From NCBI GenBank assembly GCA_964519725.1, contig CAZFKS010000003.1, forward strand, positions 15,821-79,820: 64,000 nt of DNA, given 5' to 3'. Below the pieces are notes generated by a model, which was given only the letters and a program-made list of their open reading frames with translations, searched no databases and was not told where the DNA came from. Both the position numbers and the translations under genes were made by a program. The stretch comes from an uncultured Gammaproteobacteria bacterium. GTDB taxonomy: Bacteria > Patescibacteriota > Patescibacteriia > Magasanikbacterales > UBA922. Of the stretch, positions 20,001 to 28,379 are shown in pieces; positions within the stretch are counted from its first letter, which is position 1, and every line of letters begins with the position of its first letter.

Positions 20001-23000
20001 TGAGTAAACATTTACTTGAACAAATTGGATCATCAGTTTTTACTTTGCCATCTTTATTACCCGGATCACATTGTTCACCCACCTCAGCTTCCACTGTGCC
20101 ATTTCCACAAACATTGGCACCATTGTTTTGGTCATTAAACGCATTAGTATTACCTGGTCTCAAACAAGTCAACGAACAAGACACACCTGGTTTTTCACCA
20201 GTGGCCGCAATATCACAGTCTTCACCGGCGTCAATTTTACCATTACCACAAATTGGTAGATCAGCTGCGCCAGTTGCGGCTGTAATCGTACTCCCTTTTT
20301 TGAGACATGAATTAGTACAGAAACTAGGAATGTTACTAAATGAAGCTGGTTTTATTTTTGATATTTTAGCCACGGCCAGGCTCGCCACACTCCAATTATA
20401 TTGATAATCCCATTTGTTAAGCGCTTGACCAACTTTGCTACACGCATTTGGCGCACTGTATGGTGTAACCGTAAATTGATCACGCTGACCAATTTCAGTG
20501 GCACTGAAACTAACTGGGGTCACTACCAGTGAACTAACTTTACATGGTGTGCCATCATTTTTAGTTTTGAAAATCCACTCAGTTTTTGGCAGAGCCTTAC
20601 CTAGTTTTTTTGGATTCGCCCCCAGTAAGGCTTTAATGCTTGAGCCGGTACCATTGAGTGAAACTTTGTAATACGTATTTTTATCAAGAACCGAACCAGG
20701 TTTTAAATTAGCGCGCAAACTAATCGCAGTTGAAGTCTGTTCATCAATTGCATACTGTGAAATTTCATCAGCTTGAGCACAAGCGACACCGTCATTACAT
20801 TTGTAAATCTTGAACCCATCCGCAAAAGTGGCCGTATCCATTTGACGATTAAAATCAGCACGCAAACTAGTGTTAACACAAGACTCAACACAATTTGGTT
20901 CATAATACGTCACTTCTGGATCAGCCAAATCAATGGTGAGTTTACTGGTTGGGGTAAATTTAGAACTACTTTTAACAGTTAAATCAATCACATCATTGCG
21001 CAGGCGAATTGCAAAATACGTTGGACCTGGATCACTAGCTGGAACTTTAGTTGTGACCATCGCGGCCGCATTGTCAGTGGCCAATGGTACTCCAGCTGGT
21101 AAATTAGTTTCTGCCTTATTACTTAAATTATTTAAATCAATCCAGGTTAATTTTTTACTATTTTGATCCCAAGTAAGTGCGATATTGTAAATTCCACTAT
21201 TGCTAAGTGACGGAGTAAAGCAGTGTTGTAAATCAAGTGTAACTGCCCGATAAGTGGTGAAGCAAACTACTGTACCAATAACATTTACCTTATAACCAAT
21301 GCGCGGTTGGGTAATATTCCGCCGTTCAAGCAAGTTAGTGTTAGTTAAACTTGGGGATTTGGAATATTTAAATTGGAGGGTAAATGAACTTTGCAAAGAA
21401 ACGAGCGAACTACCCGCAGTGTTGTAGGCTTTGCCCATTGGTGATACATAACCCGTCGCTGGAACAATAATGTCACTGGTGGCCAGGACATCAGTACCAC
21501 CAATCGTATCTAGTGATGAACCCCCAGCTGACGGATTACCATTATTTACATTTGAAATAGTGGCTTCAGCTTTAATAGTTACAGTGTCTGGCGCAGTGTG
21601 AGCACGCGCAGCCACAATTCCACGACTATTTAGGTATGGTAAAGTCGTTGTCGTTGCTGCTTTGACCGATTTAAATGCGCTCGCTTTATCACTGTCAGTC
21701 CCAGTAATGCCTGGTGCCCACACCCATGGGTACTGATCAACATTTAACACTGAACAATCCTGATTACCTTTTCCCCAAATGTAAAAATAATTTGGAAATG
21801 GTGGAATTTTTTCTGGTGGATTTTGCGTTGGCAAATACAAATCAGCTGAGTTAAATGGAAAACGTGGGTCCTGAATAATACCAAGTTGACGCGTCGTATA
21901 TTCAGCTGGATTAATCCCCGCATCAGTGAGCACACATTCCGCACTATTAGTTTTAAAAGTAAAACAATAAGCCGTTCCATTTCCACACGGACGAGTGGCC
22001 ACAATTGGGGCTGACACAGTGGTGTCAACTCCTAAAAATTTAGTGGCTTTTTTTGATGTTAATCCAGAGCCAATTTCCACCTGGTACCAAGTGTTGGCAG
22101 CCAGAGTTGGCGGGGCCTGTTTAATAATTAGAGTTTTACCTGCACTTTGGTAAGACAAACCAGTGGTCACTGGATCTTTTTTCGCTGCACAATCGATTTG
22201 GCCGTCTTTGGTGCCACAAGCAAAAACTTTAATCGTATTGTTATTAATGGTCGCTTCATCCATGTCTTCAGAAAACCGCACCGCAATACTACTATTTACA
22301 CAGGCAGTGGAATTTACGGCCAAACCAGTCCCCTGACTCCGTGGGGTTGGTGATGGGAACACACTACCATCAGCTTTACATTCTTCGACTACTTTTGGCG
22401 GATAGGTCAAAATACCAGTGGTAAACCGCCACAAATAGGCTGAGTCGCGTGCTTCACCCTGACAAGATTGACTATTAGCTTTCCACTGACCAGCATCTGG
22501 ACCACTTGGACAACAGTGAAAACCTGGTAATGGTGATTTACTGTTTACACAACTATCAACCGTGTATGTAACGCCATTACTAAGTAAATTAGTACCAAAA
22601 GATTTAAATTTAATTGGTCCAGTACTCATTGACCGACCAGACTGATTACTGACTGGTAAAGTGGTGACAATTTTACTACTGGTAATGTCTTTAATTACAT
22701 TTAAACCATCAAACCGATCGCGAGTTGAGTCTAACCAGGTAGCGTAATTATTTGGATCAGCGCCACTTTGCCAAAAATACAGGGTTGGATTAGTTGTTAC
22801 AAAATTTAAACCATAAATTGTGAGTCCACTGCTGCCAGATGGTAATGGTGCTGGACCAGCATTTGGGGCTAAGCGACAAATACCTGGGCGTGGTTCACCA
22901 TTCACAACCTCAATCGAATCTTGTGCGCTACTGGTAAAACCACTGGAATTTTTAATAATAACTACTGCTTTTGAGCCATTAAACGAACCTGGAATTTGAC

Positions 23001-25365
23001 CAATAATTTGTGTATCACCCCAGGTGTCCCCACACTGAGTTGGGAGTGAATCAATATTTAAAAGTTTACAGTCTGGATCAGGAATACTTCCAAGGCAGGC
23101 TGTAGTTGGATTAAGTGGGCGACCGGCTGGGAATAACCAGACTTGGCCAGTCTCATTACCAAACCCACGACCATTAATTGTAACTAAACTTAATTTAGTG
23201 GTACTGGTTGGATCAATACTGCTAATACTTGGGACAATTTGCGCTTTATCAGCTGACAAAATATTAAATTTAACGCCGTTACTTGATTGTCCACCAGCAC
23301 TTACGTGCACCGCATAATTACCAGCTTTCAAATTACTTGGCACACGTGAATTGATCGCGAGATCAGTCCAGTTATTACCTGAAGTTTCAGCTGGAAAACC
23401 ACCACTCAGCGCACCAGTGATTGGATTTTTATTAGCCCCAAACACTAAGCGATCCGTGTCACCTTTGGTCCCAAAACCAGAACCTTTCGCAGTCACTGGC
23501 ACATCTGGTAAACCAGCTTCATTACCAGCTGGGAGCGTAACTTTTTGTCCGCCCAACGTCACTTCCGTGTCAGTAGTGACCCCAACTTTACACAAACCTG
23601 GACGCTGGGTCGTATTAATTACAAAGAGCCCATCAGTGTTTGGTTTTGGTCCAAAATCATTGATAGTCGTGTCAGTTTTATTATCAGCCGTAACGATTTT
23701 AATTGGGGTTTCCACACCCGTGGAAAAATCCGCACTTGGACCAGGCACAGCTACTACCACCCAGTATGGACTCCAGGATGCGCCGGTTCCACAATTGACT
23801 ACAGTCGCCTCCACCCACTCATTGTCAGTGGTGAATTTACCATCATCATTACGATCGACACCAAAGTACACTTTACCTTGTTTAGTGCCAAAATTTTTAC
23901 CCGCAATCGTAATCCAATTACCTGGCGCACCATTACCTGGATCAAGATTAGTAATGGCTGGGGCTGGTGAGCATTTATTATCAACACACTGGTAGCCACT
24001 GGAACAATCTGAGTCTTCACTACACTGATCCCCATCACCACCACCACAAGAACCACCACTGTCTGGACCAGTTTCATCACCATCTTGAATATCATTATCA
24101 CAGTGCGTAGCGACTACTCTAAAATTCACGCTACTGGTCTGCACATTACCATCAATATCAAAAGCAGTTAAAGTAACCAAATAATTCTGACCGGCTTTAA
24201 ATTTCCCGCTTAGTTTAGTCGAGTAATCAACAGTGAACGGCTGAGAAGATCCTTCCTGTCCAGTTGGGGCACTATAACCAGTCAGTATTGTATTTCCTCC
24301 CACTTCACTTATGACTATTTTTACCAAACCATTACCACCATAACTCACGTTTTTTCGATCATTTATGATTGCTGAAATAGTAAAGTTAGAATTCAAAGGA
24401 AAATTAAGGTCAGTGCCAGACAGACCATTTAAACTAATTTGTTCCACAGCAGGTTTGGTGGCATCATTAATATCCTCATCAACAGTAAAGTACCCTGTAT
24501 TTCCATAAGTAACCTCACCCACTGAGTATTTAGTTTTGAGACTTTTTCCAGAAGTATCTTTCAGATCAGGATTAACTGTCACTGTTATATAATTACCACT
24601 ATTAACTCTAAATGGCGTGGCAACACCATTTTCCACGTAGTTAATTTCCAAAACCCGGTTTCCCTCAACAAGAGAAATTTTAATTGGCAAAGGATTATTG
24701 TTAATGACCAGACTAGCCGCCTTACTAATATCATTTTCATCACTAAGCGGCCGACTAAATAGAACACGGACCGTGACATTCTTCATGCCCGTTAAAATCT
24801 GATTTTCAGAGTCACTACCTGGTGTAATCGCTTTGACATAAAACTCTCGCTCCTGACAAATTGATGCTCCTGGGTTGTCTTGGCAAAACCGATCACAATC
24901 ATCAGCATTATAATTATCACCTTCACAACTACCTGGGTCTGGCAGATCACTAGAGCCATTATCACTGGCCACATCAGAACCCCCATTAATGGCACTGTTT
25001 AATTGGTTAAACACAAATTGGACAATGGCCCAAGCCGAAAAAATAATCACGAGACCAATAACTGCGTTCACAATGTATTTTTTACCTTCGGCCACCCGAT
25101 CTTCATTACCACCAGCGGTCATGTACAAAAAGCCACCGTACAAAATCAGTCCAACCGTAATAATTCCAAGTAAACCAAGCGCAATATTAATAAACCGGGC
25201 GGCAATTTCGCGGATGTCACCTCCACCCAAGGTCAAAGCATTATCAACTGGCTTTAAACCAAAAGTGTCACCTTCATTTTGCGCGCTTACCTGCGTGGCA
25301 ATACCCAAAAACACCAAACCAGCCATGAGTAGGCCGGCAAAAAATAGTTTGGTGCGTTGCTTCAT
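14077..25365 (-). CDS. giant (3,762 aa) surface protein: signal peptide + T4SS-pilin-like (TrbC/VirB2-like) two-helix N-terminal module, then long extracellular region with many Cys-rich CGNGxxExxEECD repeats
   Basis: Single uninterrupted ORF. N-terminus LGGGDIREIAARFINIALGLLGIITVGLILYGGFLYMTAGGNEDRVAEGKKYIVNAVIGLVIIFSAWAIVQFVF matches the pilin-like module common on CPR surface proteins. Repeats CGNGKIDAGEDCD, CGNGTVEAEVGEQCDPGN, CGNGIVEGGESCDDG, CGDGLTQTDKGEECDDGN. Confidence 0.8.
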   Translation of the reverse strand: MKQRTKLFFAGLLMAGLVFLGIATQVSAQNEGDTFGLKPVDNALTLGGGDIREIAARFINIALGLLGIITVGLILYGGFLYMTAGGNEDRVAEGKKYIVNAVIGLVIIFSAWAIVQFVFNQLNSAINGGSDVASDNGSSDLPDPGSCEGDNYNADDCDRFCQDNPGASICQEREFYVKAITPGSDSENQILTGMKNVTVRVLFSRPLSDENDISKAASLVINNNPLPIKISLVEGNRVLEINYVENGVATPFRVNSGNYITVTVNPDLKDTSGKSLKTKYSVGEVTYGNTGYFTVDEDINDATKPAVEQISLNGLSGTDLNFPLNSNFTISAIINDRKNVSYGGNGLVKIVISEVGGNTILTGYSAPTGQEGSSQPFTVDYSTKLSGKFKAGQNYLVTLTAFDIDGNVQTSSVNFRVVATHCDNDIQDGDETGPDSGGSCGGGDGDQCSEDSDCSSGYQCVDNKCSPAPAITNLDPGNGAPGNWITIAGKNFGTKQGKVYFGVDRNDDGKFTTDNEWVEATVVNCGTGASWSPYWVVVAVPGPSADFSTGVETPIKIVTADNKTDTTINDFGPKPNTDGLFVINTTQRPGLCKVGVTTDTEVTLGGQKVTLPAGNEAGLPDVPVTAKGSGFGTKGDTDRLVFGANKNPITGALSGGFPAETSGNNWTDLAINSRVPSNLKAGNYAVHVSAGGQSSNGVKFNILSADKAQIVPSISSIDPTSTTKLSLVTINGRGFGNETGQVWLFPAGRPLNPTTACLGSIPDPDCKLLNIDSLPTQCGDTWGDTQIIGQIPGSFNGSKAVVIIKNSSGFTSSAQDSIEVVNGEPRPGICRLAPNAGPAPLPSGSSGLTIYGLNFVTTNPTLYFWQSGADPNNYATWLDSTRDRFDGLNVIKDITSSKIVTTLPVSNQSGRSMSTGPIKFKSFGTNLLSNGVTYTVDSCVNSKSPLPGFHCCPSGPDAGQWKANSQSCQGEARDSAYLWRFTTGILTYPPKVVEECKADGSVFPSPTPRSQGTGLAVNSTACVNSSIAVRFSEDMDEATINNNTIKVFACGTKDGQIDCAAKKDPVTTGLSYQSAGKTLIIKQAPPTLAANTWYQVEIGSGLTSKKATKFLGVDTTVSAPIVATRPCGNGTAYCFTFKTNSAECVLTDAGINPAEYTTRQLGIIQDPRFPFNSADLYLPTQNPPEKIPPFPNYFYIWGKGNQDCSVLNVDQYPWVWAPGITGTDSDKASAFKSVKAATTTTLPYLNSRGIVAARAHTAPDTVTIKAEATISNVNNGNPSAGGSSLDTIGGTDVLATSDIIVPATGYVSPMGKAYNTAGSSLVSLQSSFTLQFKYSKSPSLTNTNLLERRNITQPRIGYKVNVIGTVVCFTTYRAVTLDLQHCFTPSLSNSGIYNIALTWDQNSKKLTWIDLNNLSNKAETNLPAGVPLATDNAAAMVTTKVPASDPGPTYFAIRLRNDVIDLTVKSSSKFTPTSKLTIDLADPEVTYYEPNCVESCVNTSLRADFNRQMDTATFADGFKIYKCNDGVACAQADEISQYAIDEQTSTAISLRANLKPGSVLDKNTYYKVSLNGTGSSIKALLGANPKKLGKALPKTEWIFKTKNDGTPCKVSSLVVTPVSFSATEIGQRDQFTVTPYSAPNACSKVGQALNKWDYQYNWSVASLAVAKISKIKPASFSNIPSFCTNSCLKKGSTITAATGAADLPICGNGKIDAGEDCDIAATGEKPGVSCSLTCLRPGNTNAFNDQNNGANVCGNGTVEAEVGEQCDPGNKDGKVKTDDPICSSKCLLKGSTTGNTTVGVANCGDSFVTAGQELCDPNDPATKAGCTNQCLHAGTKVASFWCKDNQANFGTNPACLNSVSVCGNGIIEQAEDCEISGPNASGAGVCSSQCLFIDACGLPADKRPCQAGDLGCTNKCTLQGSKTSYSTPSICGDTTIGIGENKSCELPSGDSSNTAGPTQLVEAVGQGSLVAGQTYQQTDIHVNTVTENKTVSSTADYRLQCGYQEFDQPISLSKIDADVEGNAYNDCPNNYDNSKGVDGQSCCQLRPKRVAESPADGAGFFSAGVCRNTNIEVEFSKELNSDTISQNMFLVRGFTESNFDCTADPVNGQDFTSYVKKTVAGETPDLGFWARLWQRIVAWFHDLLGNSATATTVTDLSEFKNIKTWCSVGMPVTTESHTITKPDSTKATVASLAISQALEPTTVYGVLLRGDRGGITDVRGVPLGSKPDSENNSRNDSWFFKTGAKICKLSGVVVDPTSYLFKKPNTSATFTALGFTDDAGTTGKIVPVAGYRWDWAWLPQNNPVFDFAPQTPTNKLNVTAKNVAGEVTGVAQAIVTEDASTENNQKGKIFSGTFQLTAFFCERPWPSEANFPYKDTEYNFSTGYCADSGKAGDASDDLPLLKDALSLGGVPGSTDTLRKLVFFNDKNEDAIGIQVFSSEEPLVEWYEKKFGTTGSMQATTVGGYRALTDNNNYYVQALNLAPGASSSPTDDKVYSNIYLFSINPNASDESRAVFKKFIDNLQFNINVTNHGYCLKPGGNIRTNPNLFSATQCTTDFNCRDAEGVALAGTSGVCSNARTKFQRDWKRLADVRTAQENIDEYFAANKDKFDFKGDLAGGSFAPGYTVSRWGQSWGTLQTLVGGLPTDPLNQWTNCQADDKQTCWNAGNTTYYCPKYASVYEYEYVPSTRSYIFHAPLEFFTVNDQVTKDQVNVANFSSSRWAGCASGAYNPFSEKCGDGVLNANEQCEPPGTIEQVTEIQNATTFKCASWASSKSCTTAAQCGQYSQNFATGSPAAKVHVADGKQGVCAVNRGSAILLPYRTMPRQGNDEFELVSCSSNANCQVDRNYDAGNNLTNLGLASYDPAAKTLAKAPSGLGDFANYYNSEKPNFYCNETLTKTATFTSDTCVPSGYGTVQCPANQIVTRTCTNSCTWQYGSCGSAGSCGNGIVEGGESCDDGALNGTYGHCNAPTDGAPGCTGLAAAGYCGNGKLDKDSTGKALEFCDPSVPGSLFTANYNAAQAKSCAWDCQEYGAYCGDGLTQTDKGEECDDGNTKDDAKCMANCKLPAISCLKAVEAKSTIENGVTNFTLPISGGFLSESSCNAATPRSLCAAANLTCKEVKIGSTVLGCDSNYSKLGVSSKISDFVLAVLAPDVVSCNGIYVPGGVNNLPPDTAAAQCGNGVLEKELGEECDAGKNNDVKCVPVTGEKYCSYCGKGCKILTTDNLVYCGNGTLDPGEKCETKSDGSIIALSGSGNTSDCGVGLQECLLTCNGNADCNAACNKKYSNCTPSTFVASCSEFGSYSCSSCKTVIPQCLQCGFFEKGALPQVRVINPLVPATQSFGDLYDDSYTISLFRGLDANQTGTNAQKQALSSGLTKYANNNTALNLRRMVNGVTGDIDDYIQTNNQCTNKYTVVFNAAKVVKNGSTASTIKGSDLNGSTFVFPVNGQADKIEQQIFYSPAVPPSTFRVVMSWTDTNAKFNGLVYNDETPSTGSTAVKEDSLIDYLTAATAQTLIPNLQTVVDMINNDSTYQEHPCVDVYGQPRSEADNGGSICSDEEIKDGLEAWMNEVNKFVPPTIDACNNMSQIAGYWAPNALGFRTFANKLPYSSKARYLCREVNGVKISEQVNSKTVQTIAFTIKPPTNSTKPFAFLVGEYGSSGLPAQRNGDLQVRVYEYRDGQVPLYSIYGPTYTFSIKNTGSSTSNPSAAQYWHAFNLVKEGNVYVVKKVPQTNSSGTVTGEYADGMLQSTFCSTLNHIPGESCSQ

Positions 25366-25368
25366 AGA

Positions 25369-27597
25369 TTATTGTAAGTCTGGTGGTGGACTCCACGGAC
25401 TGGCCGCTTTGACTTTGATTAAACAGGCCGCTAAATCTTTTTGAATTTGTTCGCCTGGGACTTGTCCAAAAATACAGGCCGTGTCACTAATCGCATCAAA
25501 GGTCACAGGCGCACAATTTTGTGATTGGGCTGGGCTTCCATTTACCCCCTCAGTATAGCTACAGATTGGCGAGGTATTTTTTTCACCTGGAATTGGCACT
25601 GGACCCCGACCTGGATACAAACAATTTTGATTTTCAGCTTTAACTGTGCTTGAAACAAAGGGGAAATAGTAAAGGTCAAGGTTTCCAGTCCCAAAGTCGC
25701 GGGGATGCTGGGCCGTGGCAACCGTATTTTCACCACCCTCTGCTGGTGCCATTTCAAAGTAGTATGGAAAATCTTCTAACTGGATGCCGTCCCGACCAGT
25801 CACATTGGCTGGATATTCAATTACACCACTGCCTTTTGGGATAGTACTATACCACATTGGCTTGCTGAAATAAATTTTTACCAGGTCCTTACCACCCACA
25901 CCTTCGCCCTCTAAATTTGGGGTCACTTGTTTAATGTAGGGCACAGTATTATCAATTGCATTTTTTACTTTAAAACCCCAGAAAAAGTTATCTGGTACTT
26001 TTTCATTTTCGGCTACAGTTTTAAAATTGCCAGGCAATTGCGGTTTGTGTTTAGTCGTTTGGCCGGGAATTGTCGCGAGCAGACCATCAGCTTTATTATC
26101 TGGACCATTATCAAGCGCATTACCCGCCATATCATTCACCCCGGTAAATGGTTGGGCCACAAATGAATTTTCGGCTGCATTTAACAGCGCGGCAGTGCGC
26201 ACCAAACCATTGTAATCAGCGGTACAATTTAAATCAGTTGGCGAACAATTACTTACTGGTAAGCAGTACATCTTTTCACCGCAACTGTTTTGCCCACACT
26301 CTTCAGCCGAAATAAATTCAAGGGTGGAATAACCATTGGAAATTCGCCACTCGCCTTTTACATTTGGGTTACCAAAAATAATATTCGTGAACGCACTATT
26401 ATCACCTAGTACGCCTTGAGTCACCGTTGGGTCAACCGGTTCATTAAAATTAATTTGTACAATAATATTACGTGCAATCGTTTGACCAGCTTTTGGCCGA
26501 GTCGATACAACGTGCGGTGGCGTTAAATCAAGCGTGGTATTGGTTTCAAAATTCCAGGCATAAAATTTACTAATAAATTGTTGTGGGAAAATGTCTGTAC
26601 CATCAAGCCGCTTGATACCAACATTTTTATTTTCACCACCAATTAATTTAACCGTGTTCCAAACATTTTTTAAATCACTACCCAGCGGTTCAAGTGGCCT
26701 AAAGGTAAAGACCGTGGCCTTTTTTTCTTGATCATATACCGCGAGTGCCGCCATTTTAGCGTAAGTTTTGGTAGTACTAGTAGCCTGTTCTTTTGGAAAT
26801 ACTTGCACCGCATCAGTGCGCACCTGATCACACTCAGTTTCCCAATTAATGGCTTGATCGTTATTTAAATCAACACAATCACCATAATATTCCAAATCTT
26901 TGCCGTCTTTATCTTTAAGACAAGCATCTGGCGCAATTTTGACTGGCTCGATGAAACCCATTTTTGACCAACAAGTTTGGTTAGTATTAGTAATTAAACT
27001 GCTTGGTAAAATTGGTTCAGCAAAAGTAACGGCAATTTTTGTGTTGCGCGCCACATTAACTTGGTTTGGACGTGGGTAATGATCTTTAATAATTGACCCA
27101 AGACCACCGGTTCCAACGTAGGAAGCAAAAAATGGTTGTGGCGCATCACTGTCAGTGTTATTAAATCCACCGCCAAACGTGTCCGAGAGTGATTTGAAAA
27201 TAAAACGCACAATTGCAAAGGTGGACATGATAATCACTAGACCAACCACAGCGTTAGTGAGTACACGCTTACCTTGCGCCACTTTTTCTTCATTACCCGC
27301 TGAGGTCATGATTAAAAAGCCCCCGTACAAAACCAAACCAAAGGCAATAATTCCCAGTAAGCCCAAAATTACATTAATAATTCGGCCCGCAATTTCCCGA
27401 ATATCGCCACCACCTAAATTAATCGTGTTTTGGACTGGCTGCAGTCCCAGCGCATCGGTTTGCGCCAGTACAGGGTTTGGGATGGCACTAAAAACGAAAA
27501 TAAAAAAAACAAAGACTAGAGCGGTTCTGACGAACTGTCTAGTCTTGTTAGAAGTAACCAGTGAGAGAATCCAAGGAAGCATGAACCTGGGACTCAA
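25369..27597 (-). CDS. 742-aa paralog: signal peptide + T4SS-pilin-like N-terminal module + extracellular domain
   Basis: N-terminal region LGGGDIREIAGRIINVILGLLGIIAFGLVLYGGFLIMTSAGNEEKVAQGKRVLTNAVVGLVIIMSTFAIVRFIF is near-identical in layout to the giant protein N-terminus. Start 4 nt after giant gene stop. Confidence 0.75.
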   Translation of the reverse strand: MSPRFMLPWILSLVTSNKTRQFVRTALVFVFFIFVFSAIPNPVLAQTDALGLQPVQNTINLGGGDIREIAGRIINVILGLLGIIAFGLVLYGGFLIMTSAGNEEKVAQGKRVLTNAVVGLVIIMSTFAIVRFIFKSLSDTFGGGFNNTDSDAPQPFFASYVGTGGLGSIIKDHYPRPNQVNVARNTKIAVTFAEPILPSSLITNTNQTCWSKMGFIEPVKIAPDACLKDKDGKDLEYYGDCVDLNNDQAINWETECDQVRTDAVQVFPKEQATSTTKTYAKMAALAVYDQEKKATVFTFRPLEPLGSDLKNVWNTVKLIGGENKNVGIKRLDGTDIFPQQFISKFYAWNFETNTTLDLTPPHVVSTRPKAGQTIARNIIVQINFNEPVDPTVTQGVLGDNSAFTNIIFGNPNVKGEWRISNGYSTLEFISAEECGQNSCGEKMYCLPVSNCSPTDLNCTADYNGLVRTAALLNAAENSFVAQPFTGVNDMAGNALDNGPDNKADGLLATIPGQTTKHKPQLPGNFKTVAENEKVPDNFFWGFKVKNAIDNTVPYIKQVTPNLEGEGVGGKDLVKIYFSKPMWYSTIPKGSGVIEYPANVTGRDGIQLEDFPYYFEMAPAEGGENTVATAQHPRDFGTGNLDLYYFPFVSSTVKAENQNCLYPGRGPVPIPGEKNTSPICSYTEGVNGSPAQSQNCAPVTFDAISDTACIFGQVPGEQIQKDLAACLIKVKAASPWSPPPDLQ

Positions 27598-27606
27598 AAA
27601 TAAATT

Positions 27607-28053
27607 TTAGCCGCCGAGCTGTTTCAAAATCTCAGTTCTGACGCGACTACCATCAGCCTTGCCTTTGACTCGGCCCATTACAGCGCCGGTGGCTTTACCA
27701 CTGTCTTTGGCAGTCAGTGGTCCAAGCGTTGCCAGCACTTCTTTAACAATGCTTGCAAGCTCTTCATCACTTAACTGCTCAGGCAAAAAGCTGGTCAGTA
27801 ATTTTATTTCGGTGTTGGTTTTATCAATCAAATCTTGCCGACCAGCTTTAGTAAAATCACCTAAAGCATCGGACAATTGTTTGACCTGTCTGGCCACAAT
27901 CGCTTCTGCGTCTGTGCCAGTTACGGTTTTACCGTGATTGATTTCTTCATTTTTTATGGCTGCCAAAACATTCTGCAAACTGTCTAGAGTCACACTGTCA
28001 TGACTTTTCCGAGCGGTTTCTCTAGCAGCTTTCAGGGCTTCAACAATTTCCAT
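27607..28053 (-). CDS. yqeY: GatB/YqeY domain protein
   Basis: 148 aa; typical YqeY family sequence (LKAARETARKS...ILKQLGG). Conserved yqeY-rpsU neighbourhood. Confidence 0.8.
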   Translation of the reverse strand: MEIVEALKAARETARKSHDSVTLDSLQNVLAAIKNEEINHGKTVTGTDAEAIVARQVKQLSDALGDFTKAGRQDLIDKTNTEIKLLTSFLPEQLSDEELASIVKEVLATLGPLTAKDSGKATGAVMGRVKGKADGSRVRTEILKQLGG

Positions 28054-28055
28054 AG

Positions 28056-28319
28056 CTATTTACTATTGCGTTTTTGGTACTCAGCCAATTCTTTTTTCGA
28101 CATTTTACCATTATTGCGGCGATATTCCATCCGGCCTTTGGTCTCAATGCGACTTACGGCTGATTTACGGCGAGCGTTTTTAGTTGGCTTACCTTTGAAG
28201 TATTGGCGTTTCTTGCTTTCAAGAATCCGACCAGAACTTTGCCAGCCTTTTTTGACCCGGCGCATGTAACCTTCAAACTGCTCGTTTTTGTGACGTTTAA
28301 TTTCTGACACACTATTCAC
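28056..28319 (-). CDS. rpsU: 30S ribosomal protein S21 (bS21)
   Basis: EIKRHKNEQFEGYMRRVKKG...KKRQYFKGKPTKNARRKSAV aligns to the S21 pattern; adjacent to yqeY as in many bacteria. Confidence 0.75.
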   Translation of the reverse strand: MNSVSEIKRHKNEQFEGYMRRVKKGWQSSGRILESKKRQYFKGKPTKNARRKSAVSRIETKGRMEYRRNNGKMSKKELAEYQKRNSK

Positions 28320-28379
28320 CTCCTGAGGTGATTAATAATTAATGGCTGTATCTTAACTAAAATTAGCCTAAATGTCAAA

